A DNA stretch of 64,000 nucleotides from Pseudomonadales bacterium (GCA_050185825.1 JBFWZA010000013.1:76445-140444), one strand, 5' to 3'. Shown: positions 1-9,165, counted from the stretch's first letter. The notes: generated from the letters alone by a model not told the origin. Translations and numbers: made by a program.

Positions 1-1039
1 GCACGCCAAGGGCTGGGTGGCGCCCGGCTGGCCGAAGGCCTACGGCGGCACCGGCTGGGACCTGATCCAGCGCTACATCTGGACCACGGAGACGACCCTG
101 GCCAGCGCACCGAGCCTCGCGCCCATGGGGCTCGGCATGTGCGGGCCCATGCTCATCGGTCACGGCACCCAGGCGCAGAAGGACTATTACCTGCCGCGGA
201 TCCTCTCCGGCGAGGATTACTGGTGCCAGGGCTACTCCGAGCCCGGCGCCGGATCGGATCTGGCCTCGCTCAAGCTCGCCGCCAGGAAGGACGGCGAGGA
301 TTACGTGCTGAACGGCACCAAGATCTGGACCACCCATGCGCACTACGCGAACCGGATGTTCTGTCTGGTGCGCACCGAGACGAGTGACAAGCCGCAGCAC
401 GGCATCACCTTCCTGCTGCTGGACATGGACACCCCCGGGATCAAAGTGGACCCCATCGTCTTCGCCTCCGGCACCCACGAGGTGAACCAGGTGTTCTTCG
501 ACGACGTGCGCGTGCCGCAGTCGAACCGGGTGGGTGAGGAGAATCAGGGCTGGACCGTGGCCAAGTACCTGCTCGAATTCGAGCGCGGCGGCGGCGGTAC
601 GGCCGCGCACCGCAGCGCCCTCCAGCGCGTCCGCCGCCTCGCCGAGCGCGTGCCGGTGGGGGAAGGCACGCTCATGGACGACCCGGACTTCAAGACCAGG
701 GTGGACGAGACTGCCGTGCAGCTCGAGGCCAATCAGTTCACCGAGTTCCGGATCATGTCCGCCCTCTCCCAGGGACAGAACCCGGGGCCCGAGTCCTCCA
801 TCATGAAGAACCTGGGCGCCGACATCGGCCAGCGCATCACCGAGCTTGCGCTCGAGGCCGTGGGTTACCACGGCACGCTGCAGCACGAAGGGATCACCGG
901 CGACAATCAGCCGGTACCCGGACCCGATGTCTCCGGCATGGCGTTCGCCCGCTATTTCAACCTGCGGGCCAGCTCCATCGCCGGCGGCACCAACGAGGTG
1001 CAGAAGAACATCGTCGCCAAGCTGGTGCTCGGTCTCTAG
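1..1039 (+). CDS. acyl-CoA dehydrogenase family protein (5' end lies outside the window)
   Basis: Frame is open from nt 2 to the stop at 1037-1039. Carries YWCQGYSEPGAGSDLASL, GTKIWTT and C-terminal GGTNEVQKNIVAK motifs of FadE-type ACADs. Clear paralogue of 26928..28121. Confidence 0.85.
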   Translation, partial: HAKGWVAPGWPKAYGGTGWDLIQRYIWTTETTLASAPSLAPMGLGMCGPMLIGHGTQAQKDYYLPRILSGEDYWCQGYSEPGAGSDLASLKLAARKDGEDYVLNGTKIWTTHAHYANRMFCLVRTETSDKPQHGITFLLLDMDTPGIKVDPIVFASGTHEVNQVFFDDVRVPQSNRVGEENQGWTVAKYLLEFERGGGGTAAHRSALQRVRRLAERVPVGEGTLMDDPDFKTRVDETAVQLEANQFTEFRIMSALSQGQNPGPESSIMKNLGADIGQRITELALEAVGYHGTLQHEGITGDNQPVPGPDVSGMAFARYFNLRASSIAGGTNEVQKNIVAKLVLGL

Positions 1040-2112
1040 CGAAAGCGCGCTGGCGCGATCCGTGCCGCCAGCGGGTGGTCGATGTCCTTGAGCAGCCCGG
1101 CCGCCACCTCGCTCAAGCCCGGAGCGGTCTGGATGCCGAAGCCCCCCTGCCCCACCAGCCAGAAGAAGCCGTCCGCATCGGGATCGTAACCGGCTGCCGG
1201 GTAGCCGTCGGGCAGGAACGTGCGCAACCCCGCCCAGGTGTGTGCCATGCGCCGCACCTCGACGGTGGTCAGGGACTGGAACCGATCCACAGCGACAGCC
1301 AGATCCAGTTCTTCCGGCTGGGCGTCGCAGGGCGCGCTCGGCGTCGCCTCGGCCAGCGACACCATGAGCGATCCCGCCTCCGGCTTGAAGTAGAGCCCGC
1401 CCTCGGCGCGATGCACCAGGGGCCAGCCCGAGATGTCCATGGGCAGATCCAGCAGGAAGGCCGTGCGCCGTTTCGGTTGCAGGCCCAGCGGCGCCACCCC
1501 GGCAAGGGCAGCCAGCTCGTCGCCCCAGGCGCCGGCGGCGTTCACCAGCACGTCCGCCCGCAGCGTCTCACCCGCCCAGCCGATCTCCCACTGGCCGTCA
1601 CGACGCGCGATTCGCTCCACGCGTGCCCGGGTCACGATCCTGCCACCGCCGGCGAGCAGCTGCCGGCGGAAGCTTTCCAGCTCCGCGTGGGCGTCCAGCG
1701 ACAGCGCCTGGGTCTCGATCAGCACCCGGCTCACCCGCTCGGGACGGAGGATGGGCACCCGGGCGAGCATGTCGGCCACTTCCATCTCCACCAGGGAGTC
1801 CGACACCGGCGCCCACTGTGCCTCGAAGGCGGCAAGCTCTGCCAGGTGGTCCTCGTCAGCGATGGTCACGCAGCCGATGGGCTTGGCGCCGTGACTGCGG
1901 TGGAAGTCCATGCCCGGCACGGTGAGCGCCCGCACCACCTCGTTCTCGTAACACTCGATGGCCACCGCCGCAGAGCGTCCGGAGCTGTGGTAGGCCGGCT
2001 GCGATTCCGCCTCGAGCACGGTGACGTTGAAATCCTCCGATGCCCGCGCTGCCAGCGAGATGCCCGCGATGCCGCCGCCGATCACAACGAGCGCTGGTCT
2101 GGATGTGCTCAC
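1036..2112 (-). CDS. FAD-dependent oxidoreductase (DAO / glycine-oxidase-like)
   Basis: 358-aa ORF with an N-terminal dinucleotide-binding fold (LVVIGGGIAGISLA...VTVLE). Its stop shares the tetranucleotide CTAG (1036-1039) with the convergent ACAD stop. Confidence 0.8.
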   Translation of the reverse strand: MSTSRPALVVIGGGIAGISLAARASEDFNVTVLEAESQPAYHSSGRSAAVAIECYENEVVRALTVPGMDFHRSHGAKPIGCVTIADEDHLAELAAFEAQWAPVSDSLVEMEVADMLARVPILRPERVSRVLIETQALSLDAHAELESFRRQLLAGGGRIVTRARVERIARRDGQWEIGWAGETLRADVLVNAAGAWGDELAALAGVAPLGLQPKRRTAFLLDLPMDISGWPLVHRAEGGLYFKPEAGSLMVSLAEATPSAPCDAQPEELDLAVAVDRFQSLTTVEVRRMAHTWAGLRTFLPDGYPAAGYDPDADGFFWLVGQGGFGIQTAPGLSEVAAGLLKDIDHPLAARIAPARFR

Positions 2113-2176
2113 GCTGTCCCTCGCTGAAAAAGCCGTGCATTATCCGGGAAAACTTGGGGAAGCGGGAGGCAGACTG

Positions 2177-2938
2177 ATGGCGGGTGATGGGACGGGTAAC
2201 GGAGAGCTGGTGCTCCGCCAGGACGATGCGGGGCTGGCCATACTGACCCTCAACCGGCCTGACGCGCTGAATGCGCTGTCTCCGGCCCTGTTCGTCGAGC
2301 TCAGACGCCACATCGACGCCATCGCGGGCGCCACGGGCCAGATCGGCTGCGTGATCCTCTGCGGCAAGGGGCGGTCGTTCTCGGCGGGCAACGATCTCAA
2401 GGCCATCCAGGCCGGCGAGCGGGCGCCAACGCCGGACTTCCAGGCGAAGACTCTCGAGGCCATCGAGCGCCTGCCGCAGCCCGTCATCGCCGCCGTACAG
2501 GGCCACTGCTACACCGGGGCGCTGGAGCTCGCCATCGCCTGCGACCTGATGATCGCCGCCGACACCGCCCGCTTCTCCGACACCCACGGCAAGTGGGGCA
2601 TGACGCCCACCTGGGGCATGAGCCAGCGTCTGCCGCGACGGGTGGGGCTGCTCGCCGCCAAGGAGATGATGTTCAGTGGCCGGGTGGTGAGCGGCGCCGA
2701 GGCGGCCGCGATGGGGCTCGCCAACCGCTGCGTCCCGGAGGACGAGCTGATGCCCGCGGCCGTCGCCATGGCGCGGGGCTTTCTCGAGAACTCCTGGCAC
2801 ACGCTGCGCGCCGACAAGCTGCTGGTCAACGGCGGCCTGGACCGGACCCTCGCGGATGGGCTTGCCTACGAGCGGGAAACGAGCCCGGGGGCCGGGCCCG
2901 ACATGGCCGAGCGGCTGAAGGGCTTCGGCAGGAAGTAA
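2177..2938 (+). CDS. enoyl-CoA hydratase/isomerase (crotonase) family protein
   Basis: ORF 2021..2938 trimmed to ATG 2177, which is preceded by GGGAGG (2164-2169). Crotonase signatures: LNRPDALNAL, GKGRSFSAGNDL, GHCYTGALELAIACD. Confidence 0.85.
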   Translation: MAGDGTGNGELVLRQDDAGLAILTLNRPDALNALSPALFVELRRHIDAIAGATGQIGCVILCGKGRSFSAGNDLKAIQAGERAPTPDFQAKTLEAIERLPQPVIAAVQGHCYTGALELAIACDLMIAADTARFSDTHGKWGMTPTWGMSQRLPRRVGLLAAKEMMFSGRVVSGAEAAAMGLANRCVPEDELMPAAVAMARGFLENSWHTLRADKLLVNGGLDRTLADGLAYERETSPGAGPDMAERLKGFGRK

Positions 2939-2970
2939 ACGCCGCCGGGGCTCGCCGCGGCGGACGATGC

Positions 2971-3642
2971 TCAGCAGAGCGCACGCATGAAATCCGCCGC
3001 CACACCGGCCATCTCGTCGAACACGTCCTCCCCCACCTGTCGGGACCGCTTCAGGACCCGGTAGCCGTGATTGGCGGTATCCAGCCAGTGCAGGCGGGCG
3101 CGCCCGCCCAGGCCCGCCACCACCCCTTCCAGCAGGGACCGGTCCGCCAGGTCGTCCCGGGTGCCTGAGAGAAACAGCATGGGCTGTGGCACGTCGGCGA
3201 GGTGGAGAGCCCGGGTGGTGCCCGGCTTTTTCGACGGGTGCAGGGGAAACGAGCAGAACACGAGCCCTTCGATGGCCAGATCGTGCGCCGCCGCGGCATG
3301 GGATGCCATCCGCCCGCCATAGCTGTGGCCGCCGAGAAACCGGGGCAGATCCGGTTGTTCTACTCGTGCCGTTTCCAGCGCGGCCAGCAGGCAGGCGATG
3401 GAGACCGGTTGCGCGTCCACCCGCCGCCGGCCTTCTTCGCTGAAGGGAAAGTTGAAGCGGAGCGTGGCCACGCCCCGCCTGGCAAGCGCTTCGCTGATCG
3501 CGACCATGCTGGCGTGCCGGAAGCCGGCCCCGGCACCGTGCGCCAGCACCAGCAACGCGAACGCATCGTCCGGACGGCTGAGCTCGGCGCTGAGCGCGAT
3601 GCTCAGGCCATCCGGGTGGACCGTCAGCGCGGTACGGCCCAT
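2971..3642 (-). CDS. alpha/beta hydrolase (COG3571 / KANL3-Tex30-like)
   Basis: 223-aa ORF with LVLAHGAGAG, nucleophile elbow GGHSYGG and a distal His in DTANHGY. Lies 13 nt downstream of the ClpP-like gene on the same strand. Confidence 0.7.
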   Translation of the reverse strand: MGRTALTVHPDGLSIALSAELSRPDDAFALLVLAHGAGAGFRHASMVAISEALARRGVATLRFNFPFSEEGRRRVDAQPVSIACLLAALETARVEQPDLPRFLGGHSYGGRMASHAAAAHDLAIEGLVFCSFPLHPSKKPGTTRALHLADVPQPMLFLSGTRDDLADRSLLEGVVAGLGGRARLHWLDTANHGYRVLKRSRQVGEDVFDEMAGVAADFMRALC

Positions 3643-3655
3643 GCGGCAGTGACCG

Positions 3656-4246
3656 TCAGCCGAGGTCGGTCATGCTCGTGAGGATGCGGCCGACGATACC
3701 GTAGTCGACGGATTCCTGGGGGCTCATCCAGTAGTCCCGGTCCGTGTCCCGCTCCACCCGCTCGAGGGGCTGCCCCGTGCGCTCGGCGATGGTGGCGTTG
3801 ATGCGCTGCCGGGTCTTGATGATCTCCCGCGCATGGATCTCCACGTCCGACGCGGTGCCCCCGAAGCCGCCGGCCGGCTGGTGGATCAGGAAGCGCGTGT
3901 TGGGCAGGCAGAAGCGGTGCTCCTTCTCCGGGGCCAGATAGATGTGGGTGGCGATGCTGCCGACCCAGCCCGTCCCCACGGTGCGCACCACCGGCTTGAT
4001 GAAGCGGATCATGTCGTAGATCGTGTCGCCGGACTCCACATGGCCGCCCGGAGACCCGATGTAAATGGTGATCGGGTCGTCCGACTCGTAGGCAAGCGCC
4101 AGCAGCTTCTCCGTCGTCCCTCTGGCCACGTGCTGATCGATCTCGCCAAAGAGTGTCAGCGTCCGGTGCTTGAGCAGCGTCCGCTCCAGGAACTGGAACT
4201 GCTTCGCGGCCTCGGTGATGTCGTCACCATCCAAAAGACTGTTCAT
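3656..4246 (-). CDS. ClpP-family serine protease paralogue
   Basis: ORF 3656..4333 trimmed to the ATG at 4246, which is preceded by GGAGGG. ClpP core motifs: GSPGGHVESG, a Ser in GWVGSIATH, a His in RFLIHQPAGG, and DRDYWMSPQESVDYGIV. The start could alternatively be 4264. Confidence 0.8.
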   Translation of the reverse strand: MNSLLDGDDITEAAKQFQFLERTLLKHRTLTLFGEIDQHVARGTTEKLLALAYESDDPITIYIGSPGGHVESGDTIYDMIRFIKPVVRTVGTGWVGSIATHIYLAPEKEHRFCLPNTRFLIHQPAGGFGGTASDVEIHAREIIKTRQRINATIAERTGQPLERVERDTDRDYWMSPQESVDYGIVGRILTSMTDLG

Positions 4247-4399
4247 CGGCCCTCCACTGGGCATTCGGCACACGCTCGGTCGTTGTCGACCAGGTCCAGG
4301 CGTGTGCGGTTGTGATTGGGTCAGAAAGCGCACATTCTACAACGTCGCGGGTTCGAGCCCGCAACCGATCAGAGACATCCGCAGGGGAGGAAGACACCA

Positions 4400-5323
4400 A
4401 TGCCACTCGTGCCCGAATACGAAGCCATGTTCGCCCAGCTCGCCGAAACGCCGGGCCCGAAGATCAGCGAGCTGACGCCCGCCGAAGGTCGGGAGATGTA
4501 CCGGCTCATGCGGCCGCTGAACGACGCGCTGGCCGTGGGCTCGGTGGAGGATCGGACCATCGCCACGACCGCCGGCGACCTGCCGGTGCGCATCTACCGC
4601 CCCGAAGGCAAGGGGCCGTTTCCCATCGTCGTGAACTTCCACGGCGGCGGCTGGGTGATCGGCGATCTGGACACGGCGGACGCGATCTGCCGGGGCGTGT
4701 GCCGGGCCGCGGGAAGCATCGTGATCTCCGTGGACTACCGGCTGGCACCCGAGCACACCTATCCCGCCGCGGTGGACGACGCCTATGCCGCCACCTGCTG
4801 GGCCGCGGAGCACGCGGACGAGCTCGGCGGCTCCGGCCGGCTCGCGGTGATGGGGGAGAGCGCCGGCGGCAACCTGGCTGCCGTGGTGGCCCAGAAGGCG
4901 CGGGACGAGGACGGCCCGAAGATCGACTTTCAGCTGCTCGCCTATCCGGTGGTGGACCACGATCTCAGCCGCACGTCCTACGTGGAGAACGGCGTGGGCT
5001 ATCTGCTCGAGACCGAGACCATGACCTGGTTCTGGGACACCTACTGCCCGGATCCGGCGCGCCGCGCCGAGCCTGCCGCGAGCCCGATCAAGGCCGAGTC
5101 GCTCACCGGGCTGCCGCCGACCCTGGTGCTGACCGCGGAGTTCGACCCGCTCCGGGACGAGGGACTCGCCTACGCGGAGGCGCTCGCGGCGGCGGGCACC
5201 GCCGCCGAAGCGATCTGCTTCGAGGGACTCGTCCACGACTTCCTCGCCACCGCCGAGCTCATCCCCGGCTCCCGGGCCGCCTTCGATCGGGCCATGGCCG
5301 CCCTGAAGTCCGCCCTGACCTGA
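4400..5323 (+). CDS. alpha/beta hydrolase, hormone-sensitive-lipase-type esterase
   Basis: ORF 4316..5323 trimmed to ATG 4400, which follows GGGGAGG. Oxyanion motif HGGGW, nucleophile elbow GESAGG, and a distal His in GLVHDF. Confidence 0.85.
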   Translation: MPLVPEYEAMFAQLAETPGPKISELTPAEGREMYRLMRPLNDALAVGSVEDRTIATTAGDLPVRIYRPEGKGPFPIVVNFHGGGWVIGDLDTADAICRGVCRAAGSIVISVDYRLAPEHTYPAAVDDAYAATCWAAEHADELGGSGRLAVMGESAGGNLAAVVAQKARDEDGPKIDFQLLAYPVVDHDLSRTSYVENGVGYLLETETMTWFWDTYCPDPARRAEPAASPIKAESLTGLPPTLVLTAEFDPLRDEGLAYAEALAAAGTAAEAICFEGLVHDFLATAELIPGSRAAFDRAMAALKSALT

Positions 5324-5355
5324 ATAAAAAAAGAGACCTGAGCGGAGCCACGAAC

Positions 5356-5640
5356 ATGCTCTATGCGCTGATCTGCGAGGACAAGACCGACGGGCTGGAT
5401 CTCAGGCTCGCGACCCGGGAGAAACATCTGGCCTACGTGGGGACGCTGGGCGGGAAGATCCGTCTCGCCGGCCCCATGCTTTCCGAGGACGGCGAGCGCA
5501 TGGTCGGCTCGCTGTTTCTGATCGAGGCGGACTCCGCCGACGAGGTGGCCGCGCTCAACGCGGCAGATCCCTACACCCGGGCGGGGCTCTTCGAACGGGT
5601 CACCATCCGGGCATTCCGCCAGGTGGTGCCGGCGCCCTGA
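5356..5640 (+). CDS. YciI family protein
   Basis: The 94-aa tail of track ORF 4312..5640, starting at ATG 5356 (MLYALICEDK...). YciI-like size and pattern (DPYTRAGLFERVTIRAF). Confidence 0.7.
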   Translation: MLYALICEDKTDGLDLRLATREKHLAYVGTLGGKIRLAGPMLSEDGERMVGSLFLIEADSADEVAALNAADPYTRAGLFERVTIRAFRQVVPAP

Positions 5641-5663
5641 AGAAGGTCTGAGGTCCGGGAGAA

Positions 5664-5694
5664 CGGACGGTCCGGATGACTTCCGGACCGTCCG
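5664..5694. terminator. 12-bp GC-rich hairpin between convergent genes (possible bidirectional terminator)
   Basis: CGGACGGTCCGG - ATGACTT - CCGGACCGTCCG sits between the yciI-like stop (5640) and the MaoC stop (5702). It has no clear U-tract. Confidence 0.4.
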
Positions 5695-5701
5695 CGAGCG
5701 C

Positions 5702-6109
5702 TCAGTCGACGCGGGCTTCCGCGTAGCCGGAGAGCACGGTTACGCCGTCCTGGTTCTTGGTTTCCACCTGGAAACGGGCGTTGCCGCCCTCCACGGATTC
5801 CACCGTCGCCGTGCCGGTGAGGGTATCCCCGGGCCACACCTGGTTGGTGAAGCGGACACCGTACTTGGTGAGGCGGCCGTCGCCCACGTAGTTGGTGAGC
5901 ATCCGGCCCGTCATGCCCATGGTGAGCATGCCGTGCGCGAACACGGACGGGTAACCCGCCACCTTGGTGGTGAACACCTCGTCTGTGTGCAGCGGGTTGT
6001 AGTCGCCGGAAGCGCCTGCGTACTGGACGATCTGGGTACGTTTCAGATCCTCCACCAGGGTTTCGCTGTAGGTGTCGCCGACGTTCAGATCTTTTGCTTT
6101 CAGTGCCAT
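5702..6109 (-). CDS. MaoC-like (R)-specific enoyl-CoA hydratase, hot-dog fold
   Basis: 135-aa ORF with the hydratase-2 motif YAGASGDYNPLHTD, followed by FAHGML. Confidence 0.85.
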   Translation of the reverse strand: MALKAKDLNVGDTYSETLVEDLKRTQIVQYAGASGDYNPLHTDEVFTTKVAGYPSVFAHGMLTMGMTGRMLTNYVGDGRLTKYGVRFTNQVWPGDTLTGTATVESVEGGNARFQVETKNQDGVTVLSGYAEARVD

Positions 6110-6120
6110 GTCGGTTCTCC

Positions 6121-6621
6121 TCAGCTGCCCACGGGCCGTTCGGTACGGACACCGACGCCGGTGGCGGTGATCACCAGCTCGCCGTTCTGATCGCGATACT
6201 CGGTGACGGACTCGGAGAACATGAGCTTGCCCGCCCGCTTGCTCTCCTTCTCCCAGGTCTTGCCGGGCTTGGTGGTGGCTGTCAGCACGTCCCCGGGCTT
6301 CAGGTGCCGGTGATAGACGAAGTGCTGCTCGGCGTGGAGACCGCCGCCACCCCCACCGCCGCCACCGGAGCCGCCGCTCGGCTTGGCGCCGGTCGGATTC
6401 TTGCCCGAACCGAACCAGCCGTTGCCGTCGATCTTCGGACGCAGGAAATAGTCCGGGTCGTACTGCGCGCTCGACTGAGCGAACGTAGGTGGCGCGATGA
6501 TCGTGCCGGGCTCGGTGCCCTTGGCGTAGTTCTCGTCGTAGTAGATCTGGTTGTCGTCCCCGATGGAGCGCGCAAACATCATGATGTGGCTCGCCTCGAT
6601 GGGAAATCTCTCAACAGCCAT
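6121..6621 (-). CDS. MaoC N-terminal-like (FAS1-like dehydratase) hot-dog protein, probable partner of 5702..6109
   Basis: 166-aa ORF lying 11 nt upstream of the MaoC gene. It resembles the HadA/ChsH-type non-catalytic subunit. Contains a 12-residue Gly/Ser run (6340-6375). Confidence 0.7.
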   Translation of the reverse strand: MAVERFPIEASHIMMFARSIGDDNQIYYDENYAKGTEPGTIIAPPTFAQSSAQYDPDYFLRPKIDGNGWFGSGKNPTGAKPSGGSGGGGGGGGGLHAEQHFVYHRHLKPGDVLTATTKPGKTWEKESKRAGKLMFSESVTEYRDQNGELVITATGVGVRTERPVGS

Positions 6622-6677
6622 ACGGCTTCCCCCTTCTTGTGGTTAACGCTTGTGGTTAGAAAAGCGGACCGGCGAGT

Positions 6678-7454
6678 TTAGCGCCCTTTGAAATCCGGAT
6701 CACGCTTCTCGAGGAAGGCGCTGATGCCCTCCAGCTTGTCCTCGGTCTGCACCAGCGCGCCCTGAGCGTATTTCTCGAACATGAGCGCGCCGGCGAGGCT
6801 CGCCTCCATGCCGAAATGCACCATGGCCTTCATGGTCCGCGGCACGAACGGCGCGTAGCGGGCGAGCTGATCCGCCATGCGGCGCGCCTCTCCGATCAGC
6901 GCCTCCGGCTCGACCAGACGCGTTACGAGCCCGATGGCCAGGGCCCGCTGGGCGTCGATGGGGTCTCCCATGAGCAGCATCTCCATGCCCCAGCCGCGCC
7001 CGACGATCCGCGGCAGGCGCGCCGTGGCGCCGCCACCGGGAATGATGCCGAGCTTGCCTTCCGGCGTGGCGAAGCGGGAGCGTGGCGTCGCAATGCGCAG
7101 GTCGCAGCCGAGCGCCACCTCGAGACCACCGCCCATGCAGATGCCGTCGATGGCGGCGATGGTGGGCTTGGGTGTGCGCTCGAGCTGATCCGCGAGCCCC
7201 TGGACGATGGGCTCCAGCGCCTTCTTCAGGTCGCGATGCTTCACCTCCTCGAGATCGGACCCGGAGGCAAAAGCCTTGCCGCCCGCGCCGGTGATGGTGA
7301 TCACCCGCACGTCGTCATCGGCGGCGGCTGCCCGGCAAGCAGCCTGCAGCTCGTCCAGGGTCGCGAGCGAGATGGCGTTGTGACGGTCCGGGCGGTTGAT
7401 GGTGATCAGGGCCATGGGTCCCTGCACCTCGTAGAGAACGTTCTCGTAGCTCAT
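6678..7454 (-). CDS. enoyl-CoA hydratase/isomerase family protein
   Basis: The 258-aa C-terminal part of track ORF 6678..8201, starting at ATG 7454 (MSYENVLYEV). Motifs NRPDRHNAIS, GAGGKAFASGSDL, ICMGGGLEVALGCD. Confidence 0.85.
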   Translation of the reverse strand: MSYENVLYEVQGPMALITINRPDRHNAISLATLDELQAACRAAAADDDVRVITITGAGGKAFASGSDLEEVKHRDLKKALEPIVQGLADQLERTPKPTIAAIDGICMGGGLEVALGCDLRIATPRSRFATPEGKLGIIPGGGATARLPRIVGRGWGMEMLLMGDPIDAQRALAIGLVTRLVEPEALIGEARRMADQLARYAPFVPRTMKAMVHFGMEASLAGALMFEKYAQGALVQTEDKLEGISAFLEKRDPDFKGR

Positions 7455-7459
7455 GGCAC

Positions 7460-8215
7460 TCACTGATTGAATCGATCCTTCAGGCCGTCGAGTCCGGTAC
7501 CGAGACGCTCCTTGAGCTCCGCGTCCACCTTCTCCCGGGCGTTGGCCTTGAGCTCGTCCACGTTCAGGCCGGCGCCGGCCAGCGCCTGGGTGGACGACCG
7601 CACGATCGGGCCCAGCAGCTGCCTGAGCGCTTCGCGAATGCTCACGCCCTGAGACTTCCGACCGATGCCATCGAGCGTCACGTCGGGAACGCTGACCGAA
7701 CGCTGCCCGACCAGATCCGAATCGAGGGAGGTGCGGGCATTGGTGAAGGCAAAGTGATCGATGATCATCTTCGGACCGGATTCGCCAGCCGCTTCCTCCG
7801 CCGCGTTCGTGTCGCCCGAGCCGCCGCCTTCCAGGTTGGCCATGATGGCCTGCAGATTGGTCTCCCTGCCATGGGCGACGATGGCCAGGTCGGCGGCATC
7901 CACCAGGATCTCGCGGATCACGATCAGCGACTCGCTCTGCGCGGTGGGATCCAGGCCCAGGCGGATGCTGCCGAGGCTGAAGGCATGCGGGCCGTCGAAA
8001 CCGGCGGGATTGCCGATCACCAGACCGCGCAGCTCGCCGGTGCCTTCCGTCAGCGAGATCTCCGCCGAGGCCAGCGTCACCTCCACCCCCAGATAGCGTG
8101 GCCCCAGGGTCTCGACCGCGGTTTTGACGAGGCTGCCCGAGTTCATCACCACGTACACGCCCAGACCGACCACGATCAGGAGCACGATGCCGATGATCCA
8201 TCCGATAGCTTTCAT
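7460..8215 (-). CDS. membrane-anchored protein of unknown function (possibly AsmA-like)
   Basis: 251-aa ORF with one N-terminal TM helix (IGWIIGIVLLIVVGLGVYVV). High GC3. Lies 5 nt upstream of the crotonase gene. The family assignment is from memory only. Confidence 0.55.
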   Translation of the reverse strand: MKAIGWIIGIVLLIVVGLGVYVVMNSGSLVKTAVETLGPRYLGVEVTLASAEISLTEGTGELRGLVIGNPAGFDGPHAFSLGSIRLGLDPTAQSESLIVIREILVDAADLAIVAHGRETNLQAIMANLEGGGSGDTNAAEEAAGESGPKMIIDHFAFTNARTSLDSDLVGQRSVSVPDVTLDGIGRKSQGVSIREALRQLLGPIVRSSTQALAGAGLNVDELKANAREKVDAELKERLGTGLDGLKDRFNQ

Positions 8216-8331
8216 GATTCTCCTCCCGGGAGGTTCATGCGCCGAGCGCGCTGTGATTTGTCCATGAGGAAGGGTGCGGGCATTATTGCGTCCCCGAAGA
8301 AGAATATCCGATACCTGGGAGGGTACGCATC

Positions 8332-9165
8332 ATGGAAGACATTTCCACCGAGCAGATGGCGGGCTACATGGACACGGCGGTGGAGCTCGGCATGAGCTAT
8401 GGCCCGCGGCTGCTGCTGGCCATTGCCGTTCTCATCATCGGCCTGTGGGTCATCAACCGGTTCGTCCGGCTCATGAACGCCGGCATGGAGAGAAGCAATA
8501 CCGAGCCGACGCTGGCCAGGTTCCTCGGCAACCTGACGTCGGTCGGGCTGAAGGCCCTGCTGCTGATCAGCGTCGCCTCCATGATCGGCATAGAGACCAC
8601 CTCATTCATCGCCGTGCTGGGTGCCGCCGGCCTCGCCGTCGGTCTGGCCCTGCAGGGCAGCCTCGCCAACTTCGCCGGTGGCGTGCTGGTGCTGCTGTTC
8701 CGGCCCTATAAGGTGGGTGACTTCGTGGATGCGCAGGGCGTGTCGGGCACCGTGAGTTCGATCCAGATCTTCAACACCATTCTGAAGACGCCGGACAACA
8801 AGGTGATCATCGTGCCCAACGGTGCCATCTCGAACGGCATCATCACCAACTTCTCCATGGAGGCGACGCGCCGTGTGGACTTCGTGTTCGGCATCGGCTA
8901 TGGCGACGACATTGCCAAGGCGAAGGCCATCATCGCGCGACTGGTCGAGGAGGACAGCCGCTCGCTGAGTGATCCGGCGCCACAGATCGTCGTCTCGTCG
9001 CTGGGTGACAGCGCCGTGAACATTACCACCCGGGTATGGGTGAACGCTTCGGACTACTGGGGCTTTTTCTTCGACCTCACCGAGAAGGTGAAGCTCGCCT
9101 TCGACGCGGAAGGCGTTTCCATTCCCTTTCCGCAGCGCGACGTTCACCTTTATCAGGCGAGCTGA
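8332..9165 (+). CDS. small-conductance mechanosensitive channel (MscS family)
   Basis: 277-aa ORF with three N-terminal TM helices and the MscS core (GLALQGSLANFAGGVLVLLFRPYKVGDFV...IIVPNGAISNG). SD GGGAGGG lies upstream. Confidence 0.85.
   Translation: MEDISTEQMAGYMDTAVELGMSYGPRLLLAIAVLIIGLWVINRFVRLMNAGMERSNTEPTLARFLGNLTSVGLKALLLISVASMIGIETTSFIAVLGAAGLAVGLALQGSLANFAGGVLVLLFRPYKVGDFVDAQGVSGTVSSIQIFNTILKTPDNKVIIVPNGAISNGIITNFSMEATRRVDFVFGIGYGDDIAKAKAIIARLVEEDSRSLSDPAPQIVVSSLGDSAVNITTRVWVNASDYWGFFFDLTEKVKLAFDAEGVSIPFPQRDVHLYQAS

Noticed and set aside
1036-1039. Shared CTAG containing the stop codons of two convergent genes.
   Set aside because: This is a trivial consequence of compact gene packing (TAG on one strand, TAG on the other). 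No further structure is associated with it.
4343-4372. tRNA T-arm-like hairpin GTCGCGGGTTCGAGCCCGCAACCGATCA in the leader of the esterase gene. It could be a tRNA gene or a tRNA-derived att remnant.
   Set aside because: No D-arm or anticodon arm can be folded upstream. The putative acceptor pairing leaves only about 56 nt and there is no CCA. No integrase or matching repeat is nearby. It is probably a fortuitous GC hairpin, and a tRNAscan/Infernal run would settle it.
6340-6375. Poly-glycine coding run as a slippage-prone, phase-variable tract.
   Set aside because: The run is encoded by mixed GGC/GGT/GGG/GGA/AGC codons rather than a homopolymer or perfect trinucleotide repeat, so slipped-strand phase variation is unlikely.
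6678-8201. Apparently giant or extended proteins: 6678..8201, 21265..23031, 32384..35362, 19249..21258, 4312..5640, 45344..47191, 33899..35341 and 10741..11691.
   Set aside because: In each case, only the C-terminal part shows homology and good start context. The N-terminal extension runs in an alternative frame across the neighbouring, independently recognisable gene. I trimmed each to an internal start.
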